IMG/VR virus record: IMGVR_UViG_3300040801_004034 | Span: 62,001-126,000 of that record | Direction: 5' to 3' (one strand) | DNA: 64,000 nucleotides | Shown: piece by piece, positions 49,267 to 58,788 of the stretch | How the letters are laid out: the number at the start of each line of letters is the position of its first letter | How positions within the stretch are numbered: the stretch's first letter is position 1 | The notes under the pieces: generated by a model | Told to the model about the DNA's origin: nothing | Databases searched by the model: none | What the model saw: the letters and a program-made list of their open reading frames with translations, nothing else | Translations under genes and position numbers: made by a program

Positions 49267-49722
49267 ATGGCACAAGCAAGTATCGATTCCCTCGCTCCGA
49301 AAAGAAGTTTAATCAATCTAGATGATGAACGGTTAGATGATTTCGGAAATATAGTAACAGATGATTATATTCTGTCATTCATCTTTGATGATATCCTTCT
49401 CGTTAAATTCACTGATGAAGGTGATGATGAAGGTCAAGGAGATGTTGTTGAAAGAGGTGGTATTTTTATACCTGTTAACGCAATGCAACGTGCATGGCGG
49501 AAAGGTGTGGTATTAATGGCTGGACCTGAAGTGAAATACGTTAAAACAGGTCAGATTGTTATTTTTCCAAGCAACTATGGTGTTGGGCTTGGTAATGTCG
49601 AGATTAAAGACTATGGATTCCTTAAGAAAGGTATTTTCTTGAACGAAAGCCGTATATTTGGTATCTGTGATAAGAAGAATGAAGGTAAATCTACAAAGTC
49701 TAAGACAAAAGCTGCAAAATAA
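49267..49722 (+). CDS. GroES-like co-chaperonin (gp31-like)
   Basis: D.LLV, GGIFIP, G.V...GP.V..VK.G..V, LNE..IFG. Confidence 0.8.
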   Translation: MAQASIDSLAPKRSLINLDDERLDDFGNIVTDDYILSFIFDDILLVKFTDEGDDEGQGDVVERGGIFIPVNAMQRAWRKGVVLMAGPEVKYVKTGQIVIFPSNYGVGLGNVEIKDYGFLKKGIFLNESRIFGICDKKNEGKSTKSKTKAAK

Positions 49723-50050
49723 CGTTTGTGAAATTCATTTTCTTCGTCGTCGACCTATAAAAGGTCATAGTCCTATAAGAAGAATGATATGTACACTCGA
49801 TATGGGTTTGTTGACCAGTAATGATGGTAAGATATCCCTTAATTTTAAGGCCGGATCTGGTCCATTACCGTATAATTCGATGGCGAAAAACTTACTTTGT
49901 GTGTGGGATATCTTTATGCAAGACTGGAGAATGATCAATATGGATGATTGTTATATTGATAATGAAATTCCTAACACACAATTTTGGGATTACTTTAATG
50001 AGAAGCTTCGACCAATGTCAGCTGATGAAAAAGCACAATATATGAAATAA
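49679..50050 (+). CDS. SH3/WYL-like beta-barrel protein
   Basis: V.EI.F.R....R.M.CTL...VWD....WR. Confidence 0.6.
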   Translation: MKVNLQSLRQKLQNNVCEIHFLRRRPIKGHSPIRRMICTLDMGLLTSNDGKISLNFKAGSGPLPYNSMAKNLLCVWDIFMQDWRMINMDDCYIDNEIPNTQFWDYFNEKLRPMSADEKAQYMK

Positions 50051-50052
50051 TT

Positions 50053-50391
50053 ATGATGAGTGAAAAGACAGTCGACATGCTCACAAAGTTTTTACTTAGA
50101 GATATTGTCATATTTAACGAAAAAAAGCAATTTAAACAAGGTAAACTGAAATTGTTTCATACTAAAGAGTTTTATTACATTTTAACTCTAGAAATGCCTG
50201 ATGGGGGTATGAAAGATTATGAAATTCCATACCCATTTGATATTGTTGATTATGGGGATCATTTAAAATTAGACTACACACTTGAACAATTTGCTCAGGA
50301 AAAAGATGACGTGTTTTTCAAATCGAAAATCATAAACACGAAGCGTAGAAGCAAGCTTTTCAACACAGTTGTTGTTTTATCAGCATACTAG
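50053..50391 (+). CDS. Hypothetical protein
   Basis: 112-aa ORF. Confidence 0.55.
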   Translation: MMSEKTVDMLTKFLLRDIVIFNEKKQFKQGKLKLFHTKEFYYILTLEMPDGGMKDYEIPYPFDIVDYGDHLKLDYTLEQFAQEKDDVFFKSKIINTKRRSKLFNTVVVLSAY

Positions 50392-50406
50392 ATTATAATC
50401 TAGTCA

Positions 50407-52038
50407 ATGATAAACAAATTACTTAGCTCCTTCCCTGAAGGTTACGAGCCGAACACAGCTCAAACACAGATATTAACACAAATGCATAAAGCATTTGAGG
50501 ATGGTTATAAGTTTGTTATTGTTTCTGCTCCAACTGGCTCAGGAAAAAGCTTCATATCAAAGACATTAGCAAATGCTAGCGATCGCTGCACTGACACATG
50601 GGACAAATTGATTACCAGCTATGATGCTTTCCAGGTTAACCAAATGGGGGAATATACGAACGAAGAAGCCTGCTTAGATGAGCCGCCGCATGGTGCTTTT
50701 GCTTTAACAATTACAAAATCACTTCAGGAGCAATACAAACAACTGTTCGATAGTGCTACATTACTTAAAGGTAAGAGTAATTACCCGTGCGAATTGGATA
50801 ATGAGTTCGATGTAGAAACAGCACCATGTGTTTTTACTACAGGTCTTAAACAAACATGCTGGATGCAGAACAAATGTCTATATTACAATGCAAGAAACAC
50901 TGCTTTAAAAAGTGATTTCACTGCTTTGAACTATAAAATGTTTCTAAGCACACCAAACCATGTTAAACACAGAAATTATATTGTATGTGATGAAGCATCT
51001 GAACTAGAAGGTGAACTTGTAAGCCAATTTTCATGTAATATAACAAGAAGTAAATGGAAAAAAGCTGGGATCAACATACCAAAACTGCTTAGTAAGAAGC
51101 CATCTCAGATCAGACAATGGGTTATGGATATTATCGATGATGTTGAAACAGAACTGAGGAAATTGAAAGATAAGCTTGCGAAAAATCCAAAGCTTATGAC
51201 GCAATCTGAAAAATACAAGTTTCTTGCATTGAGAACATTCAATATGAAGTTGTCGTTAATATACAAAACATGGCCAGACTGTGAATATGTAGCTCAAAAT
51301 GATGATGATGAAATCAAATTAATGCCGCTTAAGATTGATACACTTACAGATACAATTTTTAAGTATGGTGATAAGATTGTTTTAATGTCTGCTACCATTA
51401 TTGATCATAAAAACTTTGCTAAAACACTGGGTATAGACAAATACAAGTATATCGAAGTAGGTAGTGCATTTGATCCTGAAAAATCACCTATTCATATCAA
51501 TACAAAGATAAGGCTCAACTACAAAAACATGCAAACAAGTTTACCTACTGTGATTAAGCAAGTAAAACAACTCTGTGATCATCATAAAGGTGTAAAGGGC
51601 ATCATTCATACACATACATCCTATATTGCTAACCAGATACAACGAGCTGTCGGTAATGACCCGAGGTTTTTGTTTAGAAATGATGAACAAAACAATGAAC
51701 ATATTCTTGAAATGCATGAAAATAGTAGTGAGCCTACTATACTCGTATCACCAAGCTTAGGATATGGTGTTGATCTCAAAGATGATCTTGCAAGATTTCA
51801 AATTATTGTAAAAGCTCCGTATTTACCATTAGGTGATGAACGAATCAAAAAGCTCTTTGAACTAGATAAAAACTGGTACTCAAATGCAATGTTGTGTAAT
51901 GTAGTTCAGCAATGCGGACGAGGAGTTCGTAATAAAAACGATTTCTGTGATACATATATCATGGACGGGTGCATTTATGACGCGATTGTCCGTAATAAAG
52001 ACAAGCTTCCAAAGCATTTTATTGATAGATTTGTTTAA
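50407..52038 (+). CDS. DinG/Rad3-like SF2 helicase
   Basis: APTGSGKS, four Cys (Fe-S), DEAS, MSAT, GVD and QQCGRGVR motifs. Confidence 0.9.
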   Translation: MINKLLSSFPEGYEPNTAQTQILTQMHKAFEDGYKFVIVSAPTGSGKSFISKTLANASDRCTDTWDKLITSYDAFQVNQMGEYTNEEACLDEPPHGAFALTITKSLQEQYKQLFDSATLLKGKSNYPCELDNEFDVETAPCVFTTGLKQTCWMQNKCLYYNARNTALKSDFTALNYKMFLSTPNHVKHRNYIVCDEASELEGELVSQFSCNITRSKWKKAGINIPKLLSKKPSQIRQWVMDIIDDVETELRKLKDKLAKNPKLMTQSEKYKFLALRTFNMKLSLIYKTWPDCEYVAQNDDDEIKLMPLKIDTLTDTIFKYGDKIVLMSATIIDHKNFAKTLGIDKYKYIEVGSAFDPEKSPIHINTKIRLNYKNMQTSLPTVIKQVKQLCDHHKGVKGIIHTHTSYIANQIQRAVGNDPRFLFRNDEQNNEHILEMHENSSEPTILVSPSLGYGVDLKDDLARFQIIVKAPYLPLGDERIKKLFELDKNWYSNAMLCNVVQQCGRGVRNKNDFCDTYIMDGCIYDAIVRNKDKLPKHFIDRFV

Positions 52039-52046
52039 ATATTTAA

Positions 52047-52544
52047 ATGTCACTCTTCAACGAGCAATATAATCAAATAATATCAGAAATTTTTGGTCCA
52101 AATGAAGCATTCCCACTAAATTGGACTGAAAAATCTGATGACTTTTGGGAATGTAATTTTGAAACAAAAAAATCAGGACGATTTGAAGTAACTATTATCA
52201 TGGAACTTCCCGGTAAATGGGAAATTATATTTGCTGCGATGAAATTTCATGGTGAAAATGAATATGGTGAAAATGAATATATACCACAGCTTGATCCAAC
52301 TAATGCAAAGACCGGTGAAGAATTATTGATTTATGGTTCTGTTATAAATGCAGCTAGAGAGTTCATGACACAAATGCAACCACCAATGATATTTTTTACC
52401 AATGATAAAACTACATCACCTAAAAGAACAAAACTCTATCATGCACTTGCAAAAAAAATATCGACAGAATTCCCTAATTATAAACAGCAAGCTACGGGTC
52501 TTAGAAATGGTAAAGATGTGATTGCATTTGTGAAGGTTAATTAA
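52047..52544 (+). CDS. Hypothetical late protein
   Basis: TAAATA-N5-ATG; N-terminus MSLFNEQYNQIISE. Confidence 0.6.
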   Translation: MSLFNEQYNQIISEIFGPNEAFPLNWTEKSDDFWECNFETKKSGRFEVTIIMELPGKWEIIFAAMKFHGENEYGENEYIPQLDPTNAKTGEELLIYGSVINAAREFMTQMQPPMIFFTNDKTTSPKRTKLYHALAKKISTEFPNYKQQATGLRNGKDVIAFVKVN

Positions 52545-52554
52545 GTATTAACAA

Positions 52555-53130
52555 ATGAATTTCGAAAGTTACCACTACATCGACGAAGGTATTAAGGATC
52601 AACTTAAATCCGGTGCTATAACTCTTGCTACAGCTACTGCATTAAATGCAGCTAACTTAGACCCTATTGAATTGTATAATCAGATCGCTGATCATGAAGG
52701 TGTTGTACAACAAGCTTACGTTGATTCAACAGGTCATAAAACGATTGGTATAGGGTTTAACTTGGATGATGCTTCAAATATTAAAAAGCTTGAAAAAATC
52801 GGAGTTTCAGTTGAGGATTTACTTTCTGGTAAACAATTATCTGATAGCGAAATAAAAACATTGTATAATATTTCAATATCTCAAGCATACCGAGATGCAA
52901 AAACATTTTTACCGGATTTAGAGTCTCATCCTTCAGATGTTCAGAAAGCTGTCGTAGATATGTCGTTCAATCTAGGGTTGACTCGATTATTGAAGTTCAA
53001 ACAAGTAAGACAAGCACTTTTTCAACGCAACTATCGTAAAGCTGCAGATGAAATGTTAAATTCATTGTGGGCAAAGCAAACAGGCCGAAGAGCACAAAAG
53101 CTAGCTAATATGGTACGTAATGCTACTTAA
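52555..53130 (+). CDS. T4-type lysozyme (GH24)
   Basis: HEG....YVDSTGHKTIGIG catalytic E-D-T; DMSFNLG, AADEM..S.WA.Q..RA. Confidence 0.92.
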   Translation: MNFESYHYIDEGIKDQLKSGAITLATATALNAANLDPIELYNQIADHEGVVQQAYVDSTGHKTIGIGFNLDDASNIKKLEKIGVSVEDLLSGKQLSDSEIKTLYNISISQAYRDAKTFLPDLESHPSDVQKAVVDMSFNLGLTRLLKFKQVRQALFQRNYRKAADEMLNSLWAKQTGRRAQKLANMVRNAT

Positions 53131-53489
53131 GTAGCTTGATAAAAGGAATGTATATCTTTATCTTCATCGTATAGAACAAAGATATCGTGGTATTTGAAGT
53201 TGTCACCATTCATTTCTACCTGTCTACCAAACTCTGACATACTTCCGAAGATGGTATTAACAAGGTCCTCATCAATGCAGGTACCTATTAGCTCCATTTC
53301 TTCATCACTCGGCAACATAAAATGAGCTGCTTTTGGGTTAGGTGTAAGATTACCAAAGCTTCCTGCTCGTGCAGGTGTTTTAATCATCGTATTGTTTGGT
53401 GAATCATCTTTTGCATTTACTCTACGCTGGATAGCAATAGGTGCATTAAAATCCTCAAGTAGGTCTGTTACTAAAGAGTTGAATTTCAT
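53127..53489 (-). CDS. Hypothetical late protein
   Basis: TAAGTA-N5-ATG; N-terminus MKFNSLVTDLLE. Confidence 0.55.
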   Translation of the reverse strand: MKFNSLVTDLLEDFNAPIAIQRRVNAKDDSPNNTMIKTPARAGSFGNLTPNPKAAHFMLPSDEEMELIGTCIDEDLVNTIFGSMSEFGRQVEMNGDNFKYHDIFVLYDEDKDIHSFYQAT

Positions 53490-53507
53490 ATAAATACTTA
53501 TACAATT

Positions 53508-53870
53508 ATGTTAATGAAAAAAACTCAAAAGCTTCAATGTGTTGTAACAGGTAAAGATAGTATATTCTCAGGAGACTACTTACTTAAAAAAATAAAAGAA
53601 CACGGGAGCTTAGAAAAACTTGAAAAAAATTATATTTGTAAAGATGTAAAATCGTTAATCAAACGAGGCTACAACATTGAACAAATAAGAAACGCTCTTA
53701 ATGTATCTGAAAATGTCGATTACCCTTCTGATGATGTGATCAAAACGATAGAAGAAATGCATAAAACAAATTCGTTTAAGCTCCCTACAATTAACAATAA
53801 TTTGACAGGATTTACACATAATAAATCAGACCCTGAGGTTGATTCTTTCATGAGTTTACTATATAATTAA
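53508..53870 (+). CDS. Hypothetical protein
   Basis: C..TG...YICK pattern. Confidence 0.6.
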   Translation: MLMKKTQKLQCVVTGKDSIFSGDYLLKKIKEHGSLEKLEKNYICKDVKSLIKRGYNIEQIRNALNVSENVDYPSDDVIKTIEEMHKTNSFKLPTINNNLTGFTHNKSDPEVDSFMSLLYN

Positions 53871-53873
53871 AAC

Positions 53874-54104
53874 ATGAACGGACAAATATTAGTACCAAGA
53901 ATAGTAGGTGATAAACTTAACTTTTATAACGCAACAGCTGGTGGCATGGTAAGATCAGTTAGCTTACCAGCTGGAGGTACATATGATGGACCTATTGTTT
54001 CAGGAGATGTAGTTGCAGTTACGGTTACAAGACCATCAACACGTCCTACAATTTATACATACAAGCTATCAACTGGTACATTAATCGGAGCTAACTCTAT
54101 CTAA
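53874..54104 (+). CDS. Hypothetical protein
   Basis: 76-aa beta-rich ORF. Confidence 0.5.
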   Translation: MNGQILVPRIVGDKLNFYNATAGGMVRSVSLPAGGTYDGPIVSGDVVAVTVTRPSTRPTIYTYKLSTGTLIGANSI

Positions 54105-54619
54105 TGATTGATATCGGACTAGTAGATGAGCAGGTAAATTTAAACGATTTCCTTGATAAAGATGAACTAAATTATAACGTACCATGTATATTTTTCGGGT
54201 TTGTAATTAAGAATGAATATGATAACAAACGGTTATGCATACAGCCAAAATACGCACCGAAAAAAATCATCCATAAGTATAAAGATGCGGATGGTGTAGT
54301 GCACATGTTACCACTTTATGGTTGTATATTGCCTGTATCGGGTCAGTACAAACAACTGAGTACAATACTAATACAACAACAAGCTGATATTACAATTTCA
54401 ACCTACAAAAATATACTTGAACAATTTGATTTATCGTGTGATGATTGTTATTTACACTATGCTGTTGGGACATATCCAGTAGACCTTGCTCATTTTAAAC
54501 GGTTGACTAACAATGAAATATCAAAGGATAAGAAGATATTTCAGCACATTCTTGGCATGGAGGATGATGAATTTGACTTCCAAAAAATGGGGTCTCTCGA
54601 GTTGTTCATACTTACGTAA
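54104..54619 (+). CDS. Hypothetical protein
   Basis: 171-aa ORF. Confidence 0.55.
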   Translation: MIDIGLVDEQVNLNDFLDKDELNYNVPCIFFGFVIKNEYDNKRLCIQPKYAPKKIIHKYKDADGVVHMLPLYGCILPVSGQYKQLSTILIQQQADITISTYKNILEQFDLSCDDCYLHYAVGTYPVDLAHFKRLTNNEISKDKKIFQHILGMEDDEFDFQKMGSLELFILT

Positions 54620-54693
54620 ACTGTTAACTCTTAATAGTTTATAAAAAGTTTACGCAAAAACGTAGGAAATAAAAATCCAACTTAAATAATATT

Positions 54694-57600
54694 ATGTCAA
54701 TTAAAGCCTTATCAGATTATACAGTATACGCGAAGTATGCAAAATATATTCCAGAACAAAAACGCCGTGAAACATGGAAAGAGCAAGTCGACCGTGTTTT
54801 TGAAATGCATGAGCATAAATACCAGCTACAGTTAGCATCAAATTCAGAGTTCAAAGAGTTATTTTATCAAGCAAAACAAGCTGTGATGAAAAAACAGGTG
54901 CTCGGATCTCAACGAGCATTGCAATTTGGTGGACCGAGTATTGAACGCCATAATGACAAGATGTACAACTGTTTTTCAGGAGATACTAAACTGATAACAT
55001 CAACAGGAGTAATGCAATTTGATGATTACACCCCTGGTGATCAAATTTCAGTTCTAACACATAATGGTCGATGGAAATCAGCTGTTGTAAATCAATATGG
55101 TAAACAGCAACTTTATAAATTAACCTTTAAAAACGGTCAAAATATACATACAGTCAAATGTACACGTGATCATAAATGGATTTTAAAAAATGGTAATGAA
55201 ACTACGAATATCAATATAGGTGATAAAATATTAACATCTAAGACGACATTTACGTTCGATTACGATAATGCAACACCGATTGAAAGGTTATACTGGTGTT
55301 ATGGTTATGTGTTTGGTGATGGAACAACTGTTAAAACAGATAGCGGAACATATTCATCTGCAAGATTATGCGGCGATGATGCAAAATATGAATATAGATT
55401 TACAGAACAAGGATTTAAATCATCATCTTCAGCGTCATTAAATGGTGATGTAATAGTATATACAGGTAAATATGATAAGACAGCACCAGATCCGAAAAGA
55501 GATTCTATCGAATTAATACAAGCATTTACAAGAGGTTATCTTGACGCTGATGGATCAAAAAGTAGTAACGTTAGGAAGGGGGATATGACAAAACCTAACC
55601 CGTTTAATATGATTTCTGCTGAAGATTTCGAACATCAACAGTTTATCGAAACATGTTTTCCTATTGCTGGTGTGTTTATCAAAAAAGTATATGATAAAAC
55701 AGGTACAAAAACAAACTTAGGTACTATCAAAAACGGTAAAACATATTCTATACAAACAACTTTTGACAGAGAAAACAAACATGCAAAGTCATTTAAATTG
55801 ATTGATATAGAAAAATTACACATTGATAATGTGTGGTGTGTAAGTGTTGAAGATGATAAATCATTTACTATGCCAAATGGTATGGTTACCGGTAATTGCG
55901 CAACAACATACATCGATAGACATACCGTCTTCGGTGAGATTATGTATATGTTACTATGCGGTTGTGGTGTCGGGTTCAGTGTTCAGTATAAGCATATTAA
56001 CCAACTACCTAAGATACAAAAACGTAATGGTAATACCGAAAAATTTATTATTGATGACTCAATTGAAGGTTGGGCTGATAGTATCAGTGCATTAGTGAAC
56101 TCATATTTTGTATCAAAAGGTAAATTTAGTGCGTTCAATGGTAAGAAAATCGAATTTGATTACTCGCTTATCAGACCAGAAGGTGCGTTTATATCTGGCG
56201 GCTTTAAAGCACCTGGACCAAACGGTCTTAGAAAAGCTCATGAAAAGATTGCTGCTATTATTGAAAAAAGACTTTCAGAAAACAGTAATAAACTCAAACC
56301 AATTAATGCTTATGATATAATCATGCATACTGCAGATGCTGTCCTTAGTGGTGGTGTTAGAAGAAGTGCAACAGCTTGTGTATTTTCTTATGATGATAAA
56401 GAAATGATCACAGCTAAGACAGGTAATTGGTTCTACGATAACCCTCAACGTGGCCGTAGTAACAACAGTGCTCTTCTCATAAGAAATAAGACAACGTTTG
56501 AACAATTCCAAGAAATAATGATCTCTGTTAAGGAATGTGGTGAGCCAGGCTTTGTTTTTGCTGATAATGAAGATATTGTTTTTAATCCATGCTTTGAAAT
56601 CGGTATGAGACCAAAACTTAACGACGGCAGAAGTGGGGTACAGTACTGTAATCTTACAGAAACAAACGGAAAGAAATGTACTACTAAGGAAGAGTTCTTT
56701 CATGCATCAGAAATGGCAGCTATCCTTGGTACCTTACAAGCAGGCTATACAGATTTCAAGTATCTCGGTGAAGTTACTGAAAAAATTGTAAGACATGAAG
56801 CATTACTCGGTTGTTCTATCACAGGCATGATGGATAACCCTGATATATTGTTCAGTCCTGCAAACCAACGTAAAGCTGCTGAAATTATCAAGGATACTAA
56901 CAGAAAAGTTGCAAAAATGATTGGTATCAACCCTGCAGCAAGAACAACATGCTGTAAACCAGCTGGTACTACGAGTTGTGTACTTGGGACAGCTAGTGGT
57001 ATTCACCCTCACCATGCAAAACGTTATATCCGTCGTGTTCAAGCCAATCGCCTTGAATTTCCACTGAGAAAATTCACAGAAGTTAATCCACTAGCAGTAA
57101 ATGAGTCTGTTTGGAGCGAAAACAAGACAGATATGGTAATTAGCTTCCTTTGCGAGGTGCCAGCCGGTGCTGTAACAAAGAATATGATGTCTGCTTTGGA
57201 TCTTCTTGATAAAGTTAAGACAACACAGCAAAATTGGGTAGAATATGGTACAAATAAAGAGTTATGCATTGATAATACACTAAGGCACAATGTATCAAAC
57301 ACAATAACCGTACAACCAGATGAATGGGACCAAGTAACAAAGTATATTTACAGAAATCGCCAGTGGTTTGCAGCTATTTCATTGCTTCCAGCTAGTGGGG
57401 ATAAAGATTATCCACAAGCACCGTTCACAACAGTGCACACACCTATTGAAATGGCAAAAGAATATGGTGATGCATCTGTTCTTGCATCAGGTGTAATTGT
57501 AGATGGGCTAAAGGCGTTCGATGACTTATGGCCGGCATGTGATGCAGCACTTGGAAAAGGAGCACCACTACCAGAATTGCCAAAAGAGCCGAAATATCCA

Positions 57601-57900
57601 ACAAAACGCGATAATAAAGACCTTGCTCAGTATTTCAATGATAAGGAAGCATATGAAACTATTCTTCTCAAGCATGATTGGGTACGTAGAGCAAGACAAT
57701 TTGCTGATCGATACCTTGATGGCGATGTTCAGAAGATGACTTACTGTTTGAAGGATGTTAATAACTGGAAGACATGGTGTGATCTACGTAGAGAATATAA
57801 GGAAGTTGATTGGTCAACAGTTGTTGAAGATGAACCGTTCTACATTGATATCAATACCACTGCTGCGCAAGCTTGTCAGGGTGGTAAATGTGAATTATAA
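54694..57900 (+). CDS. nrdJ: Class II (AdoCbl-dependent, monomeric RTPR-type) ribonucleotide reductase with intein
   Basis: RRETW, GCGVGF, SGGVRRSA, GEPG, NPCFE thiyl Cys, CNLTE, KPAGT and C-terminal CQGGKC. Confidence 0.93.
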   Translation: MSIKALSDYTVYAKYAKYIPEQKRRETWKEQVDRVFEMHEHKYQLQLASNSEFKELFYQAKQAVMKKQVLGSQRALQFGGPSIERHNDKMYNCFSGDTKLITSTGVMQFDDYTPGDQISVLTHNGRWKSAVVNQYGKQQLYKLTFKNGQNIHTVKCTRDHKWILKNGNETTNINIGDKILTSKTTFTFDYDNATPIERLYWCYGYVFGDGTTVKTDSGTYSSARLCGDDAKYEYRFTEQGFKSSSSASLNGDVIVYTGKYDKTAPDPKRDSIELIQAFTRGYLDADGSKSSNVRKGDMTKPNPFNMISAEDFEHQQFIETCFPIAGVFIKKVYDKTGTKTNLGTIKNGKTYSIQTTFDRENKHAKSFKLIDIEKLHIDNVWCVSVEDDKSFTMPNGMVTGNCATTYIDRHTVFGEIMYMLLCGCGVGFSVQYKHINQLPKIQKRNGNTEKFIIDDSIEGWADSISALVNSYFVSKGKFSAFNGKKIEFDYSLIRPEGAFISGGFKAPGPNGLRKAHEKIAAIIEKRLSENSNKLKPINAYDIIMHTADAVLSGGVRRSATACVFSYDDKEMITAKTGNWFYDNPQRGRSNNSALLIRNKTTFEQFQEIMISVKECGEPGFVFADNEDIVFNPCFEIGMRPKLNDGRSGVQYCNLTETNGKKCTTKEEFFHASEMAAILGTLQAGYTDFKYLGEVTEKIVRHEALLGCSITGMMDNPDILFSPANQRKAAEIIKDTNRKVAKMIGINPAARTTCCKPAGTTSCVLGTASGIHPHHAKRYIRRVQANRLEFPLRKFTEVNPLAVNESVWSENKTDMVISFLCEVPAGAVTKNMMSALDLLDKVKTTQQNWVEYGTNKELCIDNTLRHNVSNTITVQPDEWDQVTKYIYRNRQWFAAISLLPASGDKDYPQAPFTTVHTPIEMAKEYGDASVLASGVIVDGLKAFDDLWPACDAALGKGAPLPELPKEPKYPTKRDNKDLAQYFNDKEAYETILLKHDWVRRARQFADRYLDGDVQKMTYCLKDVNNWKTWCDLRREYKEVDWSTVVEDEPFYIDINTTAAQACQGGKCEL
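54970..55896 (+). mobile_element. Intein with LAGLIDADG endonuclease (309 aa)
   Basis: YN|CFSGDT start, T.DHKW block B, GYVFGDG and RGYLDADG motifs, ends VTGN|C. Confidence 0.93.
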
Positions 57901-57923
57901 ACGGAACATCTATAATATTCAGT

Positions 57924-58484
57924 ATGAAATATGCTAATTTATACACCGCTAAAGGTGATACTGGTATGACCGACCTTTGGTCTGGTGGAAGAGTATTGAA
58001 AAATCATTTCCGTATTAAAGCGGTTGGTAAAATTGATACATTCCATGCAACTCTTGGTCTTTGTCATCAATATGAGCCTTCTTCGGATCATTATACAATA
58101 CTCAAAGAGTTTTTACATAAAGTACAGACAGATCTTACCAAAATTATGGGTGTAATTGCTAGTGAAACTATCAAAGATGGTTTTGTTGTTGAGTTTGATG
58201 TGATGAATCAGTTTTTATATAAACACATTGTTAAATATGCTGAATGGCTTGATGATCAATCAATAAAACAACAGGGTTGGAAGATGTATGGTGAAGGAGG
58301 AGCAGCCGCTGCTCAGTATGATTACACAACCACTATTTGCCGTGAAGTTGAGATCATGATTTATGATCTGGAAAATGTTTACGGAATGACTATCAGTGAT
58401 GGAATGAAACAGTATTTCAATATGTTGAGTAAAGTCCTATATCTCATTGCACGCATATATGAACATCAGGATGATATTAAATAA
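57924..58484 (+). CDS. pduO: PduO-type cob(I)alamin adenosyltransferase
   Basis: YTAKGDTGMT.L..G.RV.K...RI.A.G.ID; CREVE; YFN.LS..LY..AR. Confidence 0.88.
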   Translation: MKYANLYTAKGDTGMTDLWSGGRVLKNHFRIKAVGKIDTFHATLGLCHQYEPSSDHYTILKEFLHKVQTDLTKIMGVIASETIKDGFVVEFDVMNQFLYKHIVKYAEWLDDQSIKQQGWKMYGEGGAAAAQYDYTTTICREVEIMIYDLENVYGMTISDGMKQYFNMLSKVLYLIARIYEHQDDIK

Positions 58485-58488
58485 TATT

Positions 58489-58758
58489 ATGGGTAATGAT
58501 GATTGTTTAATTTTTGAAGCGTATAAAGGTTCTGATTTGATTACAGAGCAGTATAATGAATGGTGGGATGCAAAGATGCAAATTGATGAACTCAAACCCG
58601 GGTATTATATTGGGTATCAATCAGGTAGTGTTATCAAAATAAATGAAAAAGAATATAAAGCAGGTGATACCGTCCGTGGAATGAATTTTCCATTCGTTTT
58701 GAGAGTTCAACGAAATGGAAAAGTATTTAAGCATTATATCCCGAATGAACGTGGTTGA
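58489..58758 (+). CDS. Hypothetical late protein
   Basis: TAAATA-N5-ATG; N-terminus MGNDDCLIFEAY. Confidence 0.5.
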   Translation: MGNDDCLIFEAYKGSDLITEQYNEWWDAKMQIDELKPGYYIGYQSGSVIKINEKEYKAGDTVRGMNFPFVLRVQRNGKVFKHYIPNERG

Positions 58759-58788
58759 ATTATTATTTTCGTATGATATAATCATCGA

